Shown here: positions 26,155 through 38,789 of the stretch, piece by piece | Numbering within the stretch: the first letter of the stretch is position 1 | How the letters are laid out: each line of letters starts with the position of its first letter | DNA from: Lingula anatina | Lineage: Eukaryota; Animalia; Brachiopoda | Assembly: GCA_051362555.1 (NCBI GenBank) | Contig: CM120642.1 | Location: 186,001 to 250,000, forward strand | Direction of reading: 5' to 3' | DNA length: 64,000 nt | Program-made: the position numbers and the translations under genes | The notes under the pieces: model-generated | The model's database searches: none | The model's input: the letters and a program-made list of their open reading frames with translations, nothing else | Told to the model about the DNA's origin: nothing

Positions 26155-26800
26155 TTTGTCAGATTTCTTATGGGAACGACAATGCGATTTTATTCAATTT
26201 GAGTTTAACGCACCGTCGTCCAGCCAAGCAAGAGGAGTCTGGGAACGTCAAATCCGAACTGTGAGGAATTCTTTGTCTTTTCTGCTTGAGCAGTCACAGT
26301 GTCAATATATCGACGAGTCATCACGAACATTGATTGTTAATTGCAGACCTCTTACTTATGACAACCAAAATGACCCATGTTTCCTTGAGCCATTAACCCC
26401 CAATTACTTGTTAACCACCAACAAATGTTATTCTCCCGCCTCCTGGTGAATTCCATAAAGCTGACATGTATTGCAGAGAGCACTGGAGACAGGTTCATTA
26501 TTTATGGAATCAGTTTTGGTTTAGATGGCGCAGGGAATATTTGCAAACCTTACAAGTGAGACAAACATTATTAAGACCTAGACGCAATTTCTGTGTTAGT
26601 GATATTGTTTTGATTAAAGACGAGAATTTACCTAAAAATCTTTGATCATTAGCAAGAGTTGAGTGCGTTTATCCCATTGATGATGAACAGGGCAGAAAAT
26701 TTAGGGTAGCAATGTACTCGTACATTAGATTCTGCGAAGGGTAGATCCAGTTGTGTTTGTAGAAAGACCAAATCAGAAGTTGTTACTCTTAGTTCCAAGC
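26155..26800 (+). mobile_element. BEL/Pao integrase C-terminal remnant
   Basis: FNAPSSSQARGVWERQIRTVR...NCRPLT...PLTPNYLL, then [18 protein letters not shown] and [11 protein letters not shown]; frameshifted. Confidence 0.88.
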
Positions 26801-27048
26801 ACTGAGAAGGATAATGGGTAAGTATATGTAGCATTCACAAGCAAAAGCGCAGGCTGAGACTGAGTAAATATATTTGGACATAAAATTGAAATACTGACCA
26901 CTTTGGCCTTAGAAAGCCTGTCATTGTGTCTGCAGTAGACCTGTAACAATTCATATGGACCATACTCAAATAATGTCTATATTCACGTAGCACGTACGTT
27001 GCGCCTCTCCATGCTTGACTCACAAGAGAGATATAAATTTATACTTAC

Positions 27049-27185
27049 CAGTTCCCTCGCTGTCTAACAAGATAGTGACAAATCCTTTCTCTCTGTTTCT
27101 CAGAACCTTTGTTCCCATCCAAATACCGGACGACTTAGGGTACATTTTATTTCCAAGCTCAAACGCATCGTGAGTGCCAACCAAC
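27049..27185 (-). CDS. GBP: GBP-like gene B, coding exon 2
   Basis: 137-bp AG/GTAAGT exon; LVGTHDAFELGNKMYPKSSGIWMGTKVLRNREKGFVTILLDSEGT. Confidence 0.92.
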
Positions 27186-27723
27186 CTATACGTTGAGAAA
27201 GACCCATTTAATGGATAATATACTGTAAATGCATCACAGGGACATCAGGACAGATGCTTTAAAATGATCTTAATTTGTGCAATAGCTTTAAAGGCAGTGG
27301 TCTTAAATAAAACACACTTTAAAATGCTGTGTGCTCTTGTTCATGTGTACAGGTGCATATTAAACTGCTGTCGGATGCGCTTGGAAAAACCGTTACAGTC
27401 TGAGTGAGAAACTTTTAAGGACAATTATTAAGTAACGAGATAAGAACATTTTGAGATGTTTATTTTTGTAAAATTATGCTTGTTTGGTTGATTTTTTCAA
27501 GTAAATAAATTGTTAAATTAAATATTGTGTTATAGATATTTGCTGGCGTCAAGGGGTACTCTCACCCTTACCTGAAAGTTGAATTATTTTAATTTGTGCA
27601 AAATGGCTTATTGTACATTGGTCTACATGCAGCTGTTACCGACTTTTTTTGTAGTCCAAACGGCTTCTGCTATCAACCAATCACAATTCAAACCATAATG
27701 AATTGAACATAGCCTAAACATAC

Positions 27724-28016
27724 CTTGACAGAGCGTACGACTTTCCGCTCTGAGCTGTTCCACAAATCCCCACTACACTGACCGGATCTTTTACGTCCCG
27801 CAGCAGTTCCAGTGCCTCGTCCACCACGGCCAGGTGGGTTCTTTCCACACCTTTCTGCTTAACGACCTTGCCTGAAGACGGATCATACTGAAAGTCGTTC
27901 GGCAAAATCAGAGGCACAGTGGTTTGCCTTTTTGCCAGATCTCTTTGGGAGATGGGCAATATCTCGTAACCCTGTCGTATATGAGGGGCCGTCAGCGATC
28001 TCTCCTCTGTTGCCAT
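27724..28016 (-). CDS. GBP: GBP-like gene B, first coding exon (P-loop)
   Basis: 293 bp, same length as copy A; EALELLRDVKDPVSVVGICGTAQSGKSYALS; donor GTATGT. Confidence 0.92.
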
Positions 28017-28326
28017 GTTTCCACGGCTGGTGTCTGTTTATGTAAAGAGGACGTGCTTTGTTATTGATGTTGTATATTTGAATATATTTGTATCGAACAT
28101 ATACATTGTACTAGGATTGTATATCACAAATAAAGTAAACATCCAGCTTTGGCACATGGATGCTTGTATGCAGTTCGTTGTAATAGACAGACATATATTT
28201 TATATAATTTTTTAAAAGTTATGCATGCTTCATATTATTGAGAAACCATCTTAATGACTCTTCTATTGCTATCAGCGTGTACGTAAATTCCCTTGTCACA
28301 TTTTGACTAAATTCCTGGCTTTTCTA

Positions 28327-29719
28327 CACACACTGGACAAAAGAAGTGTCACCCCTACAGAGCCAATACTATTTGGGAGATAAATGACTGTGGAATGATA
28401 CATGTATGCTCCTGGTATCATTTTATTAACATCAAATTTCACAAAAAATCACAAAATGAGAACAAAATATACATTCTACCAAAATATGCAGTTTCAAGTC
28501 CAAAATTAGTACTTAGTGGCATAGCCACGTGACCTAATAATAGGTGCCAGTCTACGAAGCAAGGTTTCATATTATTGTCTGATGCGTTCAGGGCTTATGC
28601 TGACCCAAGCATGAAACACTGAATATAACAGAGTTTCTCTGCTGGTTAGACGGGCATTTGTGAAAAGTTTTGACATATCATTCCACACATTTTCTATTAT
28701 GTTTGCATCCGGACTCTGGGCAGGCCACTTCACCCTGCGAATGTCCTGTTGGTCAAACCAATCATCAACTGCTCTGGGCCTGTGACAAGGAGCATTGTCA
28801 TCCTGGTGAATAAATGGATAATTCCTGTCACCAAACATGTTAGTAATAGATGGTAGCAAGCCTGACTCCAAAACATCGATATATTTCTAGTGATTCATGT
28901 TTCCATTAACCACTATCAATTCGCCCAAGCCATGGATGCTGATGCAGTCCTACACCATGATGAATATGCTGCTCCAGGTTCGAAAATTCAGTGCATGTGG
29001 TTCAAATGCTTTACCAGCAGTTCGCCAGCATCGTGTCCGTCTGTCATCAGAGGTCAGACCAACGCGACACTCATCAGAAAAAAAATATAGGACCAATTGT
29101 CATGGACTGTCCAGTTCCAGATCCTGTTGACCCTAGTTTACTCTACGTTGCCTGTTTTGTAACGATATAAGAGGTTTCAGTCTTGCTACCCTGCTGTGCA
29201 CTCTCAGAGCATGTAACCGACGCCTAGCAATTTTCACAGACACATTCTTATGTGTGAAATTGTTCCACTGTGTTGTCAACTGACAAGCAGTGTCGAACTT
29301 TGACAACCTGGACATCAAAATCAGTCGTCGGTCTTCACGGCCAGTATTTTTTTCTTGGACGACCCATCAGAGGCAATTTGTCTCTTGATCCAGTGTTTCT
29401 ATACCGAGACCAGACCCTCTGCACGGTTCTGACTGAACAATTCAATTGTATCGATATTCTGACATTGCTTATATTCCGCCTCTTCAGGTTAATAACTTGC
29501 ACCTATAACCGTTAGATAATTGCCTGTATCTTGCCATATTGGAGGAAGACAGGAATAACATTTGCTGTACATGTACAAGACCAACAATACAATTCCATGG
29601 TATAGCGGTTTTATACTCATTAGTCACATTATAAGTAGACCAGGCATTATGAGTACCCGAGATCTGCCTACTTTTATTACTCTGAGGTAGGGGGTGACAC
29701 TTCTTTTGTCCAGTGTGTG
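28327..29719 (-). mobile_element. Full-length Tc1 transposon with disrupted DD34E transposase (~29537 to 28506)
   Basis: 29-bp TIR CACACACTGGACAAAAGAAGTGTCACCCC; TA duplication; motifs GRP, FSDE, QDDNAPCH, WPAQSPDANIIENVW (34 residues between D and E), end RGYATKY*. Confidence 0.95.
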
Positions 29720-29770
29720 TAAATTCCTGACCTTCTTTTCTGTGTAGATGTCAACAAGAAAAAGTTTACT

Positions 29771-29960
29771 TTACAGCACATTCAAAATATCTCTGCTCGA
29801 AGCTCTGCCCGTAAACCTGGTGACAGTCACATAACACCTATCCTTAAACAAATTGACTGGTTACCCATACGAGCACTAATTCCTTCTAAAATCTTTGGAT
29901 TATGCTAATGTTTCTTTTAATAACTTTACTCCATCATGTTAAAGTGACCTCATCTCAAAG
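29771..29960 (+). mobile_element. L2-group LINE fragment
   Basis: LQHIQNISAR....SHITPILKQIDWLPI, the L2 HITP.L..LHWLP motif. Confidence 0.7.
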
Positions 29961-32900
29961 TGAAAATTTGCTTTATCCAGTTATGTTATAATGTTATTCT
30001 TATACTGGATCTTATGTTGAAACGGAGATTAATAATACATATCCCACGCAGACTGTCATCGCGCGACATCAGTTGCAACTCATAAGATCCAGCATTACAA
30101 TAATTTGTCATCATTTTTGCACTCGACCTGCCTAACGTAAAGATTCTCGTAGACCTATAACACACCTTGACAATTATCTTAAATTTGGTGTATCAAATGC
30201 ATGACGTTAGCCAACACTTCTACTACGCGGTCAAGCCTCTCCGGGTCATTTAAAATGGAATTAAAAACATGTATTTAAAAATTACACTATAACCGAAGTT
30301 AATTTTTTTTTGCTTTTCAGGGAAGCTGTGATAGTTAGCTCTGGCAGTTTTAAATATTTCCCAGTGTATTTCCAATTTTGAATTGCACCACTGTCATTCT
30401 AGCTTCCTGATGTTATTTTTCCTCTCTTCACGGAGTTCAGATGTAAACCATTCAGCCTGCTGTTTCACCACCTTAACTCTGCTCTGCGTTGGTGCAATAT
30501 CCTCCATGATCTTGGATATAGACTTATTATACAGATCTTGTAAAGTCTATTAAACACAACTAGATTTTATATTGTCTTTATGTATAAATATTCGCAGGTC
30601 ACTGTCACATACATTTGTGGCGCTTTAACTTGGGGTGATATTTACATTAAATTGTGGCAGGTAATACCTGTACTTAGATTAACCCGTGGCATGTGTAGAT
30701 AGTCACATTAATTTTAGCGGATGATGGCCTATTTGACTTGTGGCAGGCAATGGTCACAGCCGTCATATAACACACTTTAAAGTCGTGGCATAAATAAATT
30801 AAAGGTTTTTCGTCAGATCGTTGGAATGGCCTGAACGGAGCATATTCTTCAGAAAATATGCCCAACTAACGATATCTTAATCCAAATACACAAATTAAAA
30901 GCTCATTTTGTAAATTTTTGACTTTAAAAAACGTCCTATTTGCTTAGCCTACAAGTTAATGAGCTACGTGGTCACGTGGTCCAATGACAACAATCGTGCC
31001 ACTGGAGGAGATAGAGAGATAAGCATCGTGTTTAGTTGTCAAACTGAGCTGCATTGTCTAACTCTAAGATGACTTTTCTGGTTCCTGATAAAAGTTCATA
31101 CTCATTCAAATCTCTTACACGAGGGGTCTTAATCCTCGTGAAGCTGTGTAAAGCCATTTCCCGTATATTCAATTCTTTAACTAGCATTTAATTATGGTTA
31201 TCTCAAGTTGTATAAAACACTGTTGATCATTTCATATGAGGTCCATGTTATTTGTAAAATTCAATTCATTTTATTAAACCGTTGCGCCCTATTGCTCATC
31301 AGAATGAAATGCAATAAAAATATAAAGTTATAAAAACAACAACAATACAAATACTAGTAGTAATGATAAAAGTCATTAGTCTGACGTTAATCTTAGCACC
31401 GATGCACATTTTAAGTACTTTCATAAGTTGTTTAATTGTGAAACATGGTTAATGGATAACAATTTAATTAACTTGAAACCACTTTATTTTGTTTAATATA
31501 ATTTTTATGTATTTCTGCCTAATCGTTCTATAGAAAAAAAAAAAAAAAACATTTTTAAATTCTTAAAGGAATAAAATAAAATATAAAATTCATCCTCAAT
31601 GTCACCTAAAATACATAGTTAACAGGTTCTTTATTTTTATTTGCCTGTTTACCTTCCAGTTTCTACAGCTACAGTAAATTATGCAGGGGCGTAACTACAG
31701 TAGGCATACGCATTTATGCACTGTGCGCACAGATTTTTTTGGCCAACCATGAGATTATTTTATATAAATTTAGTGTATTTTTCACGGAATAGAATCGAAA
31801 ATCCTCTGTGAGTTAAAGTCACCTTCTATATCAAGTGTATACGCACCATTGTTCTGACACCCTGTCTTGCATATTTTTATTAAACTGAGGTAAACAATGC
31901 CAGTTACCTTTACAACTCCTATCTTAATCGTCCATCTAACGGGAACCTCCTTTACTTCTTAATTGGAGGATTAAGTGGCCTTCAACTCTCCTGTAGCCTT
32001 TGTCTTGAGAGCATTCAACGCACTCTCGCTGGCGATGTTTGTCTCAGGTAAAAACTCTACCTGTGCGTTATTTTCAAATAGCAGCCTGGGGGAACTAGAT
32101 AAAATCTGGACACCAGGTTTATTAAGGAGCTAGAGAAATAAAGGAAGAATTTTTCCGGCAAAGCTTCATAGGAATGTTAGACCTCCAAACTAACAGGGTG
32201 ACATGGGCAATTTTCACAAACAACCCGCACGAAAACGAAGTAGATACTCCAGCGCAGCAGATTTGAAGCATGTTTGCCGTATGATTGCAGTAGTCTACTG
32301 CGCTGGAGTATCTACTGCATTTTCGTGCGGGATATGCTACTAATAGCAAACAATATTTTTTTACCTTGATCTGCTACATGTTTTTGGGTTCGACAAAACT
32401 TAAGAATTTGCAAAAATGTTTTGCATACAGACGCCGAACTTGCGTTTCAAGTTATAACATGATAAATCTTTTAAATTATTTAATATTTCAGTTGAAATAA
32501 CCTTCAGAAACAAACCCTCAAAGCATAAGCGAATTAGGATTACGAACCATTTTATTACAGCAGTTCCCATTTTTTCTTTAATATTACCGCTCTTTTTCCA
32601 GTTTTTCCTCAACCTCGTTTTTTTCCACGGGAGTAATGCCTGGGCATACGCAGGCTACAGATACCCTGAGAGCAATCACTTTTATTAATGTTCGCAACGT
32701 GTTTGAACTCAATTGTTTAAATATCGATATTTAACGTCATTAAAAAATACCACTAAAATTACCCCATGGAATAAAAGAATATTAAAAAATATTAAAGCCC
32801 ACCAAGAAATGACGAGTTGGATACTTGTTATTACCTGGTTTGGGGAGTGCAGCGGTGCATAATCAACAGATTGTATTGTTGACGAGCTCTTGGTCAACTA

Positions 32901-34614
32901 CAGTGCATTTAAAATGCATCAGCAATCAGTAAACTTGTCATCTGATGACAGTTAATTTGGAAGACTATCAGCTTTTGATATGATCTAAACAACCTTAAGT
33001 GGCGATAATCTCGAGCATCACATCTATTGTCTCCGAAGTTAGTAAATAAGTCACGGAAGACCGTCACAGACAAAGAAAAGATTGTCAACGAGTGCTACAA
33101 TTTTGGTAAATCCCACGGCAACACACTGAGGCATAACGAAAATTGTTCAGCTCCGTTCAACAGAACTTTCCTAAACTTCTCTCTCTGTATGCACCTTGCA
33201 TCTCAGTTGAGTCTCAAAGACCTTTATCCTCATTGTCGGCACAGTACCACGTGACCCAGATCTGTTGCTTCATTTATGCATATTGAGGTGAGGTTCACTT
33301 AAACTCTTTTTTCTACTAATTCGAGAATTGGATTTTTACGTGTCTAGAATCCTTTAATATTACAAAACTTGTCCTATGGTTGAGCAGTATTATTAAAGCT
33401 TGATTATAACCTAAAAAAAAAGAAATACATTATTAAGTGACAGATGGTTATTCCCCGATGCCTGCAACAAAGACGGCAAATCGTGGTAAACATCCAGGTC
33501 GTCCTGCAGCAAGGGGTCGCCGACAAAATCCGAGTGGTCTAAGAACAGTGAAACTACTGCCTCGAATGCGGCTGATGAGTCTTCTACTGGCACTAGCGAT
33601 CCGTCATGTCATATCCGGATTTTATTGTATTATGGCGAAAATAAATGGGACAGATAATTACTCCAGCAACGTTTTCCCTTTGCTATCAAAATTCACTTTA
33701 CAACACACAGGGCACAGCTGACATAAATAAACCTAACCTGCGGAAAACGTGCACAGCAACGACAAGGACAGACACACATAATGATTATACATACAGCCAC
33801 GCTGTGCCTGTACATAAAAATGCCTTATTTGTTGGAAGTAGCAAACAAACAGATTTTGCTTCTCTGGCAATAAGGAATGTATTGCTGTAATAGAAAGTTA
33901 AAGTCATTTACAATTCCTTGTAAAACAATATGGTTCGTCTATCGGATCTGTGGGAGTAGCAACTAGACTAATACCTAACACACACTTTACAATGGTCTTT
34001 GAAATTTCATGGACATTAAACTTAGGACTAAACATACACTGGATAAGACCCGCAGTATCTTTTTTCACCCCGTGGGAGGTTCTAGTAAACATGACCAAGG
34101 GTTATCCATAGTTTGTTATGATAACGATAACTTAATAGCAGTGGGTGGAAGGTTGGTAATTAGAAGACTCACAGCGTGAGAAGGGGCGATATTGATATCC
34201 ATCCAAAAATAAATGAATAGGAAATAATCTGCATCAATTTATCAACTAAACTGTATTTTCTCCAAAATACCTTTAAGTGAAAACCATTGTCCGTGTTAAT
34301 CCGTGATTGCAGTGGAGAAACACTTTACCCTGGCCTGGAGTGAAGAAAACGCCACAGTGAGCAAGGTGAATTTCTGAATACTTTGTGTTTGACAGACAAC
34401 GATATATTGTCCAATATGCTCATACCTCAGGGATAATTGGGGGGCGTTGTTATTGGCACAGTTTAATCAGACTCGCAATTATCCCAAAGTAAATAGATTA
34501 TAAGCCACTTGCTGTTATATTGTTCTATCTCATTAATCTCATAAGGTTAATGTAATGTTTTCAGTACCGCATGTTTTGTTATCAAGATATGCATTGAAAC
34601 CAGTATATCTATAG

Positions 34615-35034
34615 TCAGAAAATTGATTGATTTTGCATTCTAGTGCTAATAATATTCTGACTTTCACTGCTCGCGATATTTCCTGGAACACCTTCTGTAA
34701 AAGACAAGCGACAATGATTCAGTCAGTCTCTCTTTCTCTCTCTCTCTCTCGTACAAACACACAACACACAAACACACTGCGTACTTACTTTATACGTTTT
34801 AACATTCTCTGATACAATGAATATAAACCATTTAAAGGTACGGAGCCTGAAAATGGATCTTGATTAACCCCAACCTGCAACATACTATATATAATATGTA
34901 CCTGTGCGTCCTTGGGGAATTACATGCTGTGTTGGTCTTTGGGGGGTCTGCGTCCTCACCGACCATGAGGATCTCTCTGGACTTCGTTCATTGCCATGTC
35001 CTGTATTCTGGGTATGGGTATTCTCAGAAGCTTC
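34615..35034 (-). CDS. Putative low-complexity terminal exons (module X), parent gene unclear
   Basis: 133-bp exon 35034-34902 (EASENTHTQNTGH...TPQRPTQ); possible mini-exon 34846-34789; last exon 34694-34615 (GVPGNIASSESQNIISTRMQNQSIF*); canonical splice sites. Confidence 0.45.
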
Positions 35035-38000
35035 CTGTAAACCAAATATCTATTATATTTGTTCAAGTGATTGAACTGGACCCCTACTGTCACGGTTTTC
35101 TTCTGTTATATGCAAAGTCATGACGCGTTCAGGTTAATTGGGGCGCTGGTGCCGGTTAGATGGGATTTTACTATTATGTGATTGAAGTGGGCTATGGATT
35201 GATTTTTTTTTGTATGATTTTTGATTTGTAAAGTGATGTTATGCCCTTTGAATGTTGTTATAGACTTATGAGAAAGCAGGAAGGCTGTCATTTTTTCATC
35301 GTGAGGCCTCGAGGGTGCATAAGCGATAAGCAATAGGGCTTTAGGCGTCCGCCAAGTTATAAAAAATAAACAATTGAATACCTAAATCATTTAATACGGA
35401 AGAGTTTCGAAGTTATTAATGTAGTTAGAGGTAGACCTGAAATATGTTGTGCTGGCTGTCTTAGAGAATAGAACCGTGTTAGTGTGGTCAAGGAGTTATA
35501 ACAGAAGGAGATTACACGCAAGCCTTTCTATTGTCCGATGTCTGTTACGGTGGGCGGAGCTAGCTACGGGGGGCCTCCGGTCTCAAGGTTTCGTCTGCGT
35601 CGCTCTCCTCAGCTTGGAGATAAATTTCATATGCGTTATTTCGCGTTAGAATTCGAGATTAGTAATGTCAAAGCGCCGCTGTATGCTGACGATTTTTTTC
35701 ACAGGTAATTATTTGGACGATGTGCTGGAAGGGAACGATATCATAGAAAGCGATTATAAGGTGGTGACTGAGGATGGTCGCCATGAGCTTTTTTTAGTCG
35801 GTGATAGATGGCTTTTTTATGGCACAACCCGGTGAAAAATCACCAAGGAGAAGTCAAAAGAAAACGTCCCAACTGTGGTTTGTGAAAATGACGTTCAAGT
35901 GAACGTCTGTCCTCACTGCCAAAGGACATAATATTAATACATTAACGTTTGGACCCTCCTGCCCTTGGGTCCCATAAACATATACATTGTGACAGTGCCT
36001 ACGCTTTGTGTCTGGTTTTAAATTTCTTTAAGTATTTTTTCCCTCACTCGGTATAATTTTAATATTATAATGCATTTAATTAAAATTTTAATCCAAGGTT
36101 GAGGCAATGCCACGACACGTCAGTTTACTGAATACTCGTTATAAATTTCTTTATCTTGGAAATTTCCCTTTTTTTCAGGATTATTTGACACGTACTAACA
36201 CTGTTCATATTTGTCGGTAAACAAGTGCACAGTGCTATACATTAAGAATAATTTTTATTCATTCAGAAATATATTTATGTACAAAATATATCAGAAATTT
36301 TAGTATTCACTGAGCTCTTTAAAGTGAAACAAATAAAGATGAGAATATTGAATTTCAAACTATTATTTACTATATTAACTTAAAATATCTTTTAAGTCAA
36401 CTCTATACTCAAGCACTCTATACTCTATACTCATGAAAGTAGCATCTGTGAGTAAAACCATTTTATTATATCGATAGAAGAACAAAAACAAAAATTTTAC
36501 ACATAAGCAGTAATAAATGAAGTCATAAGAATGATTAAGTTGCTACAGTTTTCCAGTTTTATGCAGTCTATGATGGCATTTTTTTCAACCGTGCAAATAG
36601 AAATAATTATATTCTTTTTTATCTGACTTGCTGATACCAGTCTGTGCCAGATACTATTCCACTTACAGGCCAGCAAGGTCTGAGAATCTAATGGGCCGAA
36701 TGAAAAAAAAAATCCTAGAAGATAAAGTGGTTAATTCTTACAAATAGGATGAAAAACATGGGATTTTCAAAAGGTTATTATAGATCAAGACAACACTTAG
36801 TAAGAACATTTATAAAATGTAACAGCTGAAAAAATTAACTGGTAAGTAAGCAGTAAGTGACTGCTTTAAAGAAATTTCACTGAAACAGAAATTTCACTGG
36901 CAATCAACAATTTATATATAGGTTTTGAATTTTTTTCCACGTAACAGTAACATAAAATTTATGTCCACTTTTGCAATGTATAGAGTCAGTTAGGTGACTG
37001 AAAATATTTTAAAATGTCATAAAGGAGCACTATTAATTTAATGCAATCTCTGTTGGCCAGTCTTATCCAGTTTCTTCTCCAAAAAGGACAACTCAAGTGA
37101 GAATTTCTTCAGGGCCTTTTCTTCTGCCTTGCTAATGCCATGCCACTCAGAAAAGAGAGAAACCTGTAGGTTAGAAAAAAAAACATAATAATAGCATTAT
37201 GAACTACTAGTATCCATGTAGACATTATGGAATTATGCAGTGAAGTTTAATGTGTCTTGTTATGACTTGACTGAAATAATGTTCACCACATAAATGAACA
37301 ATTTACAACTAAATTCATATAGAACATCAAGATTCATGATCACAAGCTAATAACCCCAAGAAATTGAAAGAAATTGTACTTATTACAAGAAATTATTTAA
37401 ATCCGCCCTGGTCCCTACTCTTCTGAAAGGACAAAAAGGGGATTTCAGAGAGGCTGGTTGCTAAAAGGAAAATGCCCAAGGTTGTTGTATTTTGAAAAAA
37501 AAATTAAAAAGGGTACTGTTGTTAGTGAATGTTTAATGCATCTTAGGCATTATGACAAAAGTAACTTACCCCAGACACACTGACCTCCTTTTTTCATTGA
37601 CATATTTTAATTTTTTCCAGCCTGACCATAATTCATGTATTCAATGCAGCCTTCTCCCATATCTATAATAGAAAAAAAACTTGAGTAGTGTTAAGATATG
37701 CATGTCAAATTCATTATCAATTTTGAGAGAATTTCTGTTTCAACACTACAAGATGAAATATTTAATTTCAAGTAATGAATAAACGTTAATAGAGTTCTAT
37801 TCTTTTGTAACCACCAAGGCAAAGCTTCTTTCTTAAAATGAACTGAAACATACAAGCTTGCCACCTAACATGCCAAAGTAGTGAAGTATAATTTAAGTAG
37901 AGAAGCAAGTACCCCTTAATTATAGAGGTGTCTTACACAATAAAGTGTGTCTTACACACCTCGACTTAAAGAGAGATGTGTAGTGAGATAACAGGTAAAG

Positions 38001-38174
38001 TAATTGGTGGAGCCTAGGTGAACTTAAAACCTTAAGACTTTAAATTAAGAAGCACCAGGGTTCATGTGTGTTCTTTTTTCAAAGGTTTAATATGAATTAA
38101 AACATATATATGTAAAAAGAAGACTAAATAAGTTAAAAATAACTATACCAAAGACACTGTGAAGTCAAACTTCC

Positions 38175-38789
38175 TGTTAGACCGCCATGATGGAAAATGC
38201 TGGGTGGAGGCAAAATTTTCCAGTCAAAAAAACTGAGCACTTTACTTTAACAACAAAGTTACCACTCCAAAGCCACCCACCATGGTGAGAAGAAAAATGA
38301 TGACCAACTGTCATGATAAGTCTTTTTAGATTTAGACATGAAAAAGGTAAAGGCCAAAATGGTACATTTACCCATAACACTAGAGTAAAAAATTGGTATT
38401 CTGAACAAATCGGGTTATTTTTTTCAAGAAATATTGGAGCAGTATCCATGCAATATATACCACGCCACGACCAAGATGTTCAAGAATCTAAACACACCAA
38501 ATTTTTTTATAATCTTGCATTTGAAAAGTACAAAAAGCGGTAAGGCTTTTGGCCATAACAAGCGTAACACTTTTTGATCGGAACTCATGAAAATTGTCAA
38601 TTGTCGTATCCAAGCTAGACCACATGTAAAATCGCAAAAAAAAAACAATACTGCTCAAGCAAGTGTGTTGCACACATAACAATTAGTTAAATTTTATGAC
38701 TGTCATGTGACACAAGTTTCAAAAAGTAGGAGGAAAATGTCTTTTGGAGTAATTTTTTTTTCGAAATATTAACAAGATGGCGGCTTAAG
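38175..38789. mobile_element. Possible MITE
   Basis: TTAGACCGCCAT ... ATGGCGGCTTAA; short imperfect inverted ends only. Confidence 0.3.

Noticed and set aside
33411-33721. GC-richer coding-like patch (also 39899-40222 and 35449-35930)
   Set aside because: No recognisable motif or consistent splice boundaries; left uncalled
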